64,000 bases of DNA from assembly GCA_947632115.1 (NCBI GenBank), contig CANROB010000005.1:7430-71429 (forward strand). Reading direction: 5' to 3'. How positions within the stretch are numbered: the stretch's first letter is position 1; each line of letters opens with the position of its first letter. Origin of the DNA: an uncultured Bacilli bacterium (GTDB lineage Bacteria; Bacillota_I; Bacilli_A; RF39; UBA660). The notes under the pieces are model-generated. The model had not been told where the DNA came from and ran no database searches. It saw nothing but the letters and a program-made list of their open reading frames with translations. The translations under genes and the position numbers were made by a program. Below, piece after piece: positions 20,940-29,730 of this stretch.

Positions 20940-22184
20940 TTATTTTTTTTCTAATATTTTAGTTACTCTAAGAGATTCCAATTGTTGAGATGGATTAATA
21001 GCTAATTGCTGAAAGCGGGTAAATGCTTCTTGCAATTCTTCTGATTTGCTAGAACAACCTGGAAAATCTACTAATTCTTCTTTTCCATTTACTTCTTTCG
21101 TTACAAAAGTAGGAAACTTTTTAGATTTTTTTAAGCAGGAGATGAGTAATAATTCTTCCTCTTTATAAAGAAATTTCTTTTCTTCAGTAGGAGTTACACT
21201 TGGAATATCTATCGCAGTATAATACTTTAATCCATTTAAGGTTGTATGGACATAGAAAGTAGAGGATTTATCCGTTTTGATATAAGTATGTCCTACATAT
21301 TCTCCTATAAATCCTTTTAAAGAATCATTATCCTCATTTTCTACGTAATCAACAACATCTTGGCGAAGCCAACTGGGAAGTCCTTGATGATTACGAATAA
21401 TTCCTTCGACAATTCGTTTTTGTTTTCGATAATTTAATAGCATATCTTGGATATTGATATCTGCATAACATTTACTCATCATAGCTTCTTCTTCACTCTT
21501 ATATTGACACCGTTTCACAAAAAATTTGGTATTTTGGGCATCTTCTTTTGGTTTCAAAGAATCATTCTCTTTAAGAAGGGGTATTACAAACATTTTCATT
21601 CCTATTAATTGATCTTGTTCCCGATAAATTTTAAGTCGTGTTCTTTCCATCGTCTCTATATCTGTTTTTTCTAATAAAGTAGTTTCCATTCTCCTAGCGC
21701 GTCCTGGATTTTTCTCATCAAATTGAAACCGTAGGCTTTGTTCTATCCGATGCATACGATCTTTACTTTGATAGGAAGAATATTTAGAAAGAAGATCTCC
21801 AGAAGCATTTAATAGAATATCTGCATACCCTATTTGTCGTTGATTCTGATCCCACATATAAATTTGAAAAGATTTTTCTTTAGAGTCCGTATATCCTTTA
21901 TAAACAGTTTGCGTAACTGCTTTATTTTCTAAAGACTGAAAAGTAATCTTTTTTGCTTCTTCACAAGTTACCTGTATCTTGACAGGCATAGAAACCAAAG
22001 AAGCATCTATATCAATGTTTTGCCAAATGCCATTGATATTTCTTTTACAAGTATAAACTTTTCCTCTAAAATTATTATGATGTTTCTCACACCCACCATT
22101 ACGACTGTTATTTCTACCTACTTCTATTTGTATTTGAAAAGGTATGATATCCGAAAAATCACTTAAAAATTGATCCATATCCAT
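20940..22184 (-). CDS. Hypothetical soluble protein, beta-rich, basic C-terminus
   Basis: ~414-aa ORF; TTGCTT-17-TATAAT promoter upstream; start set at MDMDQ after GGAG/GGGGG. Confidence 0.75.
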   Translation of the reverse strand: MDMDQFLSDFSDIIPFQIQIEVGRNNSRNGGCEKHHNNFRGKVYTCKRNINGIWQNIDIDASLVSMPVKIQVTCEEAKKITFQSLENKAVTQTVYKGYTDSKEKSFQIYMWDQNQRQIGYADILLNASGDLLSKYSSYQSKDRMHRIEQSLRFQFDEKNPGRARRMETTLLEKTDIETMERTRLKIYREQDQLIGMKMFVIPLLKENDSLKPKEDAQNTKFFVKRCQYKSEEEAMMSKCYADINIQDMLLNYRKQKRIVEGIIRNHQGLPSWLRQDVVDYVENEDNDSLKGFIGEYVGHTYIKTDKSSTFYVHTTLNGLKYYTAIDIPSVTPTEEKKFLYKEEELLLISCLKKSKKFPTFVTKEVNGKEELVDFPGCSSKSEELQEAFTRFQQLAINPSQQLESLRVTKILEKK

Positions 22185-22325
22185 AAAATTCCCCCACTCC
22201 ATAATTTTGTTATTTAGTATTGATTATATAGTTATTTTCCATAGAAAGCAAGACTTCAATGGAGAATTATCCATTCCTTTTTTAGAAAAATATGGTTATA
22301 ATAGAATTAGAAAGTATGTGATAAA

Positions 22326-23615
22326 ATGATTTTTGTTGAAAATATACCAAAAGAAGAATATGATACCTTCACAAAAAATCACCTAAAATCCCACTTTTTA
22401 CAAAGTTATGACTGGGGTGAATTTGCCAGAAGAGAAAAGAATTTTATCCCACATTATGTAGGACTTAAAGAAGATGACAAGTTAGTAGCTACTGCTTTAC
22501 TACTACAAAAAAAACTTCCTTTAGGACTTTCTTACCTATATTCTCCTAGAGGCTTCGTAGTTGATTTTCAAAATTTTGAATTGTTAAAAACGTTTACGCA
22601 AGAAATTAAAAAATTTGCTAAAAGGAAAAGAGCAATTTTTATCAAGATAGATCCAGACTTAATCATTCATCGCGAGAATTATTTGGGTGAGGAATTAAAA
22701 CCAGATTATGATAAAGAAGAAATTCTTCAAAATTTTTCTAAACTAGGATTTAAACATCAAGGGTTTACAAAAAACTTTGAAACCATGCAACCAAGATATT
22801 CTTTTCGTGTGGATATGACACAATCTATGGAAGAAATTTACGATAAATTTTCTAAAACGACTAAACAGCGGATTAAAAAAGCAGAAGATTTACAAGTAGA
22901 AGTTTCTATGGGAACAAAAGAAGATTTAAAAGAATTTTTTACTCTCATGAAATTAACCGAAAATAGAAAAGACTTTGTCTCACATGATTTATCTTATTAT
23001 GAAACTTTATATGATTTATTCCATAGTCAAGATAAATGTAATCTATTTCTTGGTAAAGTAAATGTTGAAAAAATACTCCTACAAAAGAAAAAGGAAAAGG
23101 AACCTATTCAAAAAGAATATGAGGAATTATTAGCAGTTGAAAATCGCAGTAAATCACAAAACTCTAAATTAAAAGAATTAGAAAGAAGATTATCCAAATT
23201 AGAAGAAGATATTGTAAAGTTTAGCGACACAAAACAAAAATATGGAACGGAAATTACTTTATCTGGACACTTTATTATTGAATATGGAAATAAAGCATGG
23301 GTTTTATATGCCGGAAATCATAACATTTTATCAGATACTTATACCAATTACAAAACCTACTATGAACATTTTAAATTCTATCATAACCGCGTTTCTATCT
23401 ATGATCAATTCGGTACTATAGGGGATTTAAGAGAAGAAAATCCACTCCTTGGCCTTCATGAATTTAAAAAGAAATTTGGTGGAGATTACGTAGAATTTAT
23501 TGGAGAATTTAACTTAATTACAAAACCTATCTTTTACTTTGCTTTTCAAAAATTAGTTCCTTTTTATCGCAATCACATAAAAAGAAAAGCTAAAAAGAAT
23601 AATACGGTACAATAA
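22326..23615 (+). CDS. FemABX/MurM family peptidoglycan bridge aminoacyltransferase
   Basis: HFLQS..W, YSPRG, KIDP, QPRY, coiled-coil insert, YDQFG, GLHEFKKKFGG. Confidence 0.92.
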   Translation: MIFVENIPKEEYDTFTKNHLKSHFLQSYDWGEFARREKNFIPHYVGLKEDDKLVATALLLQKKLPLGLSYLYSPRGFVVDFQNFELLKTFTQEIKKFAKRKRAIFIKIDPDLIIHRENYLGEELKPDYDKEEILQNFSKLGFKHQGFTKNFETMQPRYSFRVDMTQSMEEIYDKFSKTTKQRIKKAEDLQVEVSMGTKEDLKEFFTLMKLTENRKDFVSHDLSYYETLYDLFHSQDKCNLFLGKVNVEKILLQKKKEKEPIQKEYEELLAVENRSKSQNSKLKELERRLSKLEEDIVKFSDTKQKYGTEITLSGHFIIEYGNKAWVLYAGNHNILSDTYTNYKTYYEHFKFYHNRVSIYDQFGTIGDLREENPLLGLHEFKKKFGGDYVEFIGEFNLITKPIFYFAFQKLVPFYRNHIKRKAKKNNTVQ

Positions 23616-23642
23616 AAACAAGCAATCATTTTGCTTGTTTTT
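23614..23642. terminator. Bidirectional intrinsic terminator
   Basis: AAAAACAAGCAA-TCATT-TTGCTTGTTTTT between convergent genes. Confidence 0.85.
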
Positions 23643-23659
23643 ATAAACTCTAAATAAAA

Positions 23660-23848
23660 TTACCTATAATATACTTTTTGAATACTTTCTTTTTTTTCAT
23701 CATCTAATCTTTCTTCCCCTTTTTGATAGGCTTCATCTAAACTTTTACTTATGTCATTTAATTTATTTAAGATATCTCTTTCGTAGGATGATAATTCTTG
23801 CTCTTTCTCTTGATTCGTATCTTCTTGGTTAATCATCTTATCCATCAT
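23660..23848 (-). CDS. Small acidic helical protein translationally coupled to the 1329-aa gene
   Basis: ATGA overlap with upstream stop; GGGAGG RBS; 62 aa. Confidence 0.6.
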   Translation of the reverse strand: MMDKMINQEDTNQEKEQELSSYERDILNKLNDISKSLDEAYQKGEERLDDEKKESIQKVYYR

Positions 23849-26800
23849 GCCATTACCCTCCCTTGCATTTCAATTTCCTCTGTTTGGCTATACTGTGAAT
23901 TTATCAAGTTTTTGCATATCGTTTTAAATTGATGTTTATCATAAGCTTCATAACTTCTATGTAACAATTCTGCTATAGATATTAATTTTTTAGAAGTACT
24001 CATATTTAAATGTTTAGCCACTAATTTATCATTAGGGTTTCCTATTCTATTATTTTCAAGAGTAATGGCATCTTTTAAACACATACATATTTTTTTTGCT
24101 TTTTCAAAGTCAGAGTTATCTATACCATACTTTTGACAAATTTTATCCAATCTATAATCGCTTTCAGCACTAAAAGCATAGGATACCACTGCTTGCATTA
24201 ATCGAATGTCCTCATCACTATATCCCTCTTGTTCAAGGAATGGAACCATTTTAGTAGCACTATTACTACCAACTCGAACATCTGCTGTTTTATTGACTTT
24301 AGCACACTCACAATATTTCGTGCATTGTAATAATAAATCAAAACTATGGATATCCAATTTTCCATTTTCATTTAGTTCTTCTTGCCCAATTTTACTTGAT
24401 AAAAACAACATTCTTTCCACATGTTCTATATCTTTATATAACCCTGTACTAGCAAGATTAGATATTTGTTTTCCAAGAAAAGAAATATCTGTCTCATGCA
24501 ACACTTTCGATAAAGGAAGATCTGGGGTTTCTGCTTGATATATATTGTAAATGTTTTCTAATTTAGGGATATCTACTCGATTTACCTGAGGATTTATAGT
24601 ATTCATCAATATGTCCTCATATTCATCAACAGGAATATCAATATAATTTTGTCTTTCACTAGTTTCCATGTCAACTTTAAATTTATTATTTTCTTTATCT
24701 AAAATATCCATCAATTTACTACTATAGTGATAATACGATGCAACATCGCCAATTTCTTGATATCGAATTTGTAATTCCTTCATGATTTCATTCATAATAT
24801 TTTCAATTTTATTAGTTGGAAAATACATTTCTAACCAATCTGGATTTGTCATGCGCAATCCACTACGATTATTTTCATGTGATAATAGAATTTTTTCTAA
24901 TAACTCCAATTTAGTATCTAAAGAACTTGCTGAATGAAAATCATTTATTTTTTGATCAATCTCATCTCTTTCATGTTCCACAATTTTCTCTTTATCAATA
25001 TATACAATTGGAATTTTCATATCTTCAGAACATTTTATTGCTTTTTGTTTGATTTCATCTTTCATATCACTATAAACAATAACATAGCTAGGCTGAATAT
25101 TTTCACATATAGGGGTTCTTTTATCATCACGTATTTCAAATCGTTCTAGCGTTTGTTCATTATGCGTATGTCTTGTATAATCAATAATATCTTGTGCAGA
25201 CATAAAAGTTAGTGGTCTACCTTCTTGAATATCATAACCATCATTAAATGTATATAAATCATATGGAGCTGATTTCGTTAATGCTTTTGGATCCCAACTA
25301 TCAAAACCAAATAAAACATCTTTTACTTCTGCCATACCCATATTGTTATTAGCTATTAAAGAACAACAGATTCCGTGATTGCTCTTTCTCTCACTCTTAT
25401 TCCAAGAATCAAAATAATTATTATTAATTAATGTTAATTCACCATAAGCACAGGTACTATGTATTAACATTTTAAAATCATATCCAGCTTCGTATACTAA
25501 AACCTGTTTTACTTTTTTTTCTCCATTTTCCGTTACAACAAAGTCTCTATAATGTGGTTTATTATCAACATAGTTTCCATTTTCATCTTTTATTTTATTT
25601 GTTACTTTATAAACACTATCGGATATATTTTTACTATATAATTGACGCAATGATTGATCTATATAAGCAATTTCATCAAAAGTTAATGGTTCCATATTAA
25701 GAGTGTCATAACTTTGTTTAATAGTATCTAATTTTTCAATATTTAGTATTCTTCTTATCTGTTCAACATACTTTACCTGTAATTCATATTGAGTATCCTT
25801 AGCAAATTCTTTCATAGAAGTTCCAAACATTCTAACAATTTCACATGCTTCTTCTATATTAATGCTAAAATATTTATTTAAATAAGCATTTTTAGCTTTG
25901 TTTAAATCACGATTTTGAATAGCTTCGTCAAATGATTCATCACAAAGTTTTAATCTTCTTTCTTTATAATTGTTTAAATCTTCTATAGAATTTATTTCAG
26001 GAATAATATTTAAAGTAGGGTCAATTTCATCTTTTGAACTCTCTTCAATACTATTATAATATAAACTAACTTCTCTAAAACCTATTTCGGTTAACACTTC
26101 CCATTGTTCAAGTGTTAACGATGTTAAATCTATCTTTTTTTCCTTTTTAATCTTCGATAGCCGATATCCTTTATTTGGAGTAGAACTATGATTTAATTCT
26201 GCAGCCCTAGATACAAATAAAGCTAAATCCATTTTATCTGCATATTTTGAATTATTAATGACTTTTATAATATTTTCAAAGATAACATGATCGCCATTTG
26301 GTCCATACTCTAGCGCAATCTGACTGGCTAACTCTGGATAACGACTCATTTTTTCTACAAAATTAAATCCCAAATCTAAAAAATCATCTGTTAGCAATGA
26401 AAAAGTTAAAGTCCTAGCTACATAAGGATTCTTTTCATATAATCTCTTAGCAAATTCATATTTATCATGGCGAAAAGGTCCTTTAAGAGAAGCAAAATCA
26501 TTTGGATAATATTCTTCATTCCACTCATTAATAATTCTATAAAAAAATCTTTTATCAAAAAGCAATTCCGTGGCAACTTCTATTGGCAATTTAGGATCTT
26601 TTAAAAGGCTCTCTAATTGTTGTTGCGAAATGGTATTCCTTATTTGTGGATGTTTAATAATAGCTACTTTGTCCATCACAGGAATTTCTGGGGTTTGGAA
26701 GAATTCAATTAAATAATTTCCAAAAGAGTCTTGAGGTATCATTTTTCTTATTCTTTCATCATCTAATAATTCAATTTTTTCATTGGACTTCAAGTATTTA

Positions 26801-27834
26801 CATTCAAGAATATCTGCTATAGACCCAATTTCTAATTTAGAAAATATACGATTATCAAATAAAATATCTTTTAGAGTTGAAAAATCTATTTTTGTATCTC
26901 TAAAAATAACCCCTAATTCTCTCCAAGTTATTTTTTCTAACACTTTTTCATGAAATATTACTTTTTTTAAATCATCGCTCGATAATTTTGTATTCGATAA
27001 AAAATAACCAAGAGATAAATTTTCAAAAAGATAATCATTATGAATAAATCTCATGCAATCTTCATACGATTCACATAAACTTCCAACTAATGTAGAATAA
27101 GAATATCCCTTTATTTTTTCCATAATATTAGGACGCATAAGCATTTCTATCTTTTGCTCTTTTGAAAAAATATTTGAATTAATAATTTTCTCTAAACAAA
27201 CATTATTGGCAAATGACAATATCTCATCATTTTCCAATAAAGAATTTTTGAAGGCTTGAGAATAATTTTCACCTTCAAAAACGCTCTCAAGAATCCAGCC
27301 AAAAATACTATTACCCATATTTAAGGAACTATTAGTTGGGATTATCGTTTGAATATAAGAATTTAAAAAATTCATTAATATTTTCTCATCATTGCCATGC
27401 TTAATTAAATTTCCTAATATAGTATGTTGTTCCCGAAAGGTCATAGTAAATTCTTCGTTACTTAATAATTGATTATAAAAAGAATAATCTTCATCAAGAA
27501 AATCTAAAAAGCAATTGATAAGTGATACAAAATCCGTTGTAAGTTCAATATGATTATCATAAATAAAGTCTTGGTTCATGCGATTTAAAATTTCATACAT
27601 TGTACTTCTAGGTATATTACTTAGCACATCATCAATAACTTTTTGCAGGAATTCTTCTAATTTTTTTTCAATTTCAGCTTTTCCTTGATTCACTTGTTCT
27701 TCTAATTCTATGTCATCAATTAAATCTAGTTCTTCATAACGCTTTTGTAACTCTAGAACTTCTTCGCTTTCTAATCCTTTGTGAATTTGTTCTATAGAAT
27801 CCTTTAATAGTTTACTAATTTCTGCATCATTCAT
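23845..27834 (-). CDS. Large multidomain protein: helical repeats + ADP-ribosyltransferase-like domain + degenerate HD domain
   Basis: AGGAG RBS; ~33-aa repeats at aa ~190-430; MLIH...CCSLI...HNEQTL pattern; C-terminal HVERML...CLKDAITLENNR pseudo-HD. The ORF is solid; domain calls are inference. Confidence 0.6.
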   Translation of the reverse strand: MNDAEISKLLKDSIEQIHKGLESEEVLELQKRYEELDLIDDIELEEQVNQGKAEIEKKLEEFLQKVIDDVLSNIPRSTMYEILNRMNQDFIYDNHIELTTDFVSLINCFLDFLDEDYSFYNQLLSNEEFTMTFREQHTILGNLIKHGNDEKILMNFLNSYIQTIIPTNSSLNMGNSIFGWILESVFEGENYSQAFKNSLLENDEILSFANNVCLEKIINSNIFSKEQKIEMLMRPNIMEKIKGYSYSTLVGSLCESYEDCMRFIHNDYLFENLSLGYFLSNTKLSSDDLKKVIFHEKVLEKITWRELGVIFRDTKIDFSTLKDILFDNRIFSKLEIGSIADILECKYLKSNEKIELLDDERIRKMIPQDSFGNYLIEFFQTPEIPVMDKVAIIKHPQIRNTISQQQLESLLKDPKLPIEVATELLFDKRFFYRIINEWNEEYYPNDFASLKGPFRHDKYEFAKRLYEKNPYVARTLTFSLLTDDFLDLGFNFVEKMSRYPELASQIALEYGPNGDHVIFENIIKVINNSKYADKMDLALFVSRAAELNHSSTPNKGYRLSKIKKEKKIDLTSLTLEQWEVLTEIGFREVSLYYNSIEESSKDEIDPTLNIIPEINSIEDLNNYKERRLKLCDESFDEAIQNRDLNKAKNAYLNKYFSINIEEACEIVRMFGTSMKEFAKDTQYELQVKYVEQIRRILNIEKLDTIKQSYDTLNMEPLTFDEIAYIDQSLRQLYSKNISDSVYKVTNKIKDENGNYVDNKPHYRDFVVTENGEKKVKQVLVYEAGYDFKMLIHSTCAYGELTLINNNYFDSWNKSERKSNHGICCSLIANNNMGMAEVKDVLFGFDSWDPKALTKSAPYDLYTFNDGYDIQEGRPLTFMSAQDIIDYTRHTHNEQTLERFEIRDDKRTPICENIQPSYVIVYSDMKDEIKQKAIKCSEDMKIPIVYIDKEKIVEHERDEIDQKINDFHSASSLDTKLELLEKILLSHENNRSGLRMTNPDWLEMYFPTNKIENIMNEIMKELQIRYQEIGDVASYYHYSSKLMDILDKENNKFKVDMETSERQNYIDIPVDEYEDILMNTINPQVNRVDIPKLENIYNIYQAETPDLPLSKVLHETDISFLGKQISNLASTGLYKDIEHVERMLFLSSKIGQEELNENGKLDIHSFDLLLQCTKYCECAKVNKTADVRVGSNSATKMVPFLEQEGYSDEDIRLMQAVVSYAFSAESDYRLDKICQKYGIDNSDFEKAKKICMCLKDAITLENNRIGNPNDKLVAKHLNMSTSKKLISIAELLHRSYEAYDKHQFKTICKNLINSQYSQTEEIEMQGRVMA

Positions 27835-27846
27835 ACAATTTCTCCT

Positions 27847-28713
27847 TTAAGAATCTATAGATAAATAATGATTTACTATATTTTCTTTTTCTAATTTTAG
27901 TATATCAATATATTCTTGACGTTTCATTCTGGAAGAACGATAGGTAATATTATCCAAGGTAGATAACGAAAGTGTCCCATTAGAAAGTCCAAATTTTTTC
28001 TCAAATTCTTTCCTTTCATATTCTTTCATCTGCTTACTTTGCAAATAAGGTAAAGTATCTAGAAAGGTATCAAAAGAATCATTTAAAAGGAGTTCTACAT
28101 TATCTTTCTCTTTTAAAAGAAAGTAACAACTGCGAATAATCGTGCGGTTGCCCAAGCATTTAGGCAAATAGAACAACTGATTATCTCTTGCAAAAATTCT
28201 GGTTTGAACTTCAACTAATATTTTATGAATACTAAAACCAACTTCTTCTTGATATTCCCCATATTCATCTTGATAACTAATTATTTTATTAGATTTTAAA
28301 GACATTATTTTTTGTATATAGGCATACAAAAACTCACTTTTTATAAATTCTATAAAATCAATGTTCTTATCTTGAATAATTTGAGAGACTTCATCCTCAG
28401 AAAAATAACTATAATAATAATTTTCATATTTTCCAAGGATACTTTTGTGATGATTAACCATTTTATTTGCTAAGCGGTTGTACTGATTAGTTCCACTAGG
28501 AATAGATACAATAAACCGATTTAATTTTTTATTATATTCCATAAAAGAATTTTGTTTTTGATTACTCAAAGAAAAATCTTGATTAAAATTAATTTCTATT
28601 AAAGACTCATCATGCAATTGATAAAAATATCGTTTCATTTTGTCTTTAATATCTTCATAATAAGCATACAAAATCTTTAAAAGCGATTCATAACTTGGTA
28701 TATTATTATCCAT
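27847..28713 (-). CDS. Hypothetical protein, possible inactive zincin-like fold
   Basis: EFLYAYIQKI where HExxH would be expected, followed by GFSIHKILVEVQTR resembling an eroded G..LNEGxxE; start ATG 28713 (alternative GTG 28722). Confidence 0.55.
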   Translation of the reverse strand: MDNNIPSYESLLKILYAYYEDIKDKMKRYFYQLHDESLIEINFNQDFSLSNQKQNSFMEYNKKLNRFIVSIPSGTNQYNRLANKMVNHHKSILGKYENYYYSYFSEDEVSQIIQDKNIDFIEFIKSEFLYAYIQKIMSLKSNKIISYQDEYGEYQEEVGFSIHKILVEVQTRIFARDNQLFYLPKCLGNRTIIRSCYFLLKEKDNVELLLNDSFDTFLDTLPYLQSKQMKEYERKEFEKKFGLSNGTLSLSTLDNITYRSSRMKRQEYIDILKLEKENIVNHYLSIDS

Positions 28714-28802
28714 GATTAACACCTTACTATCCTTAAAATGATTATATCATATCAAGGAAAAAAAGACTATATTCCTACTTTATGCGACAAGGAAAAGGCC
28801 TC

Positions 28803-28828
28803 AAAAAAAAGAACTAATTCTAGTTCTT
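28803..28828 (-). terminator. Terminator after the metallophosphoesterase gene
   Basis: AAGAACTA-GAAT-TAGTTCTT followed by a T run. Confidence 0.7.
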
Positions 28829-28833
28829 AATAA

Positions 28834-29730
28834 TTAATACCGCTTTTTACCACTCATATTCGTAAACCTTTGAATAGTGGAATCTGGTGAATCACTACTT
28901 AAAATATTATATTCCATTTTTTCTCGGTCAAATCTAACCAATACCTCTTCTAAATCATAATCATTTTCTTTTTCTGTTAAAACAACATAAGAAGCTGTAT
29001 CGATTGGATCATGTCGATAAGCCATTCCAACAGCGCGTATAGAATAAAATTTTGTCTTTGTTTCTTCATCGTATAACTTCCAGTGGACATGTCCTTGAAT
29101 GACGGCATCAAAAAAATCGACTCTTTTTTTTGCAAATAAAGGATTATCCCTAGCAGATAAATAACCTCTTACAAAGGGAGAATCTACTCCATATTTTTCT
29201 ATTTGTCTTTCTATTTCATCTAGTTGCTCTAAACTATTTGTATATTGAAACTGATTAGAAGCATTATTTATCACTTGCTTGCCATCGTTTAAATCATCAA
29301 AATAACTTTGATAACTCCAAGTACTTCTTTCATCAAAATCAATTCTAACATCATTCGCAAAATGACAAAGCGCTAAATGCTTTCCACCTATTAAAAGTTC
29401 AATAGATTTCGGATAAGCACTAATCACGCCAATCTGTTCTTCATTTAATTTAGAAAGTGTCCAAAGATAACTTTTTTGTTTAGTAGCATGAAAATAAGAA
29501 CGAAATGGTTCCGTACCTAAAAGAACATACTCTTCTGAATTTCCAGCTACTGATTTTACTCCATATTCTTCTAATAAATCAATTACCTCTTTAGGATTAG
29601 GGCCTAATCCAATATTGTCTCCTAAAGAATAAATTTCAGTAATGCCTCTTTTTTGAATATCCTCTAAAGCAGCTTGTGTTGGTTCTAATAAGGCATGAGC
29701 ATCTGTAAATATAGCAATTTTTCTACCCAT
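28834..29730 (-). CDS. Calcineurin-like metallophosphoesterase
   Basis: TDAH, LGDNIG, AGNSE, LCH, GHVH motifs. Confidence 0.88.
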   Translation of the reverse strand: MGRKIAIFTDAHALLEPTQAALEDIQKRGITEIYSLGDNIGLGPNPKEVIDLLEEYGVKSVAGNSEEYVLLGTEPFRSYFHATKQKSYLWTLSKLNEEQIGVISAYPKSIELLIGGKHLALCHFANDVRIDFDERSTWSYQSYFDDLNDGKQVINNASNQFQYTNSLEQLDEIERQIEKYGVDSPFVRGYLSARDNPLFAKKRVDFFDAVIQGHVHWKLYDEETKTKFYSIRAVGMAYRHDPIDTASYVVLTEKENDYDLEEVLVRFDREKMEYNILSSDSPDSTIQRFTNMSGKKRY

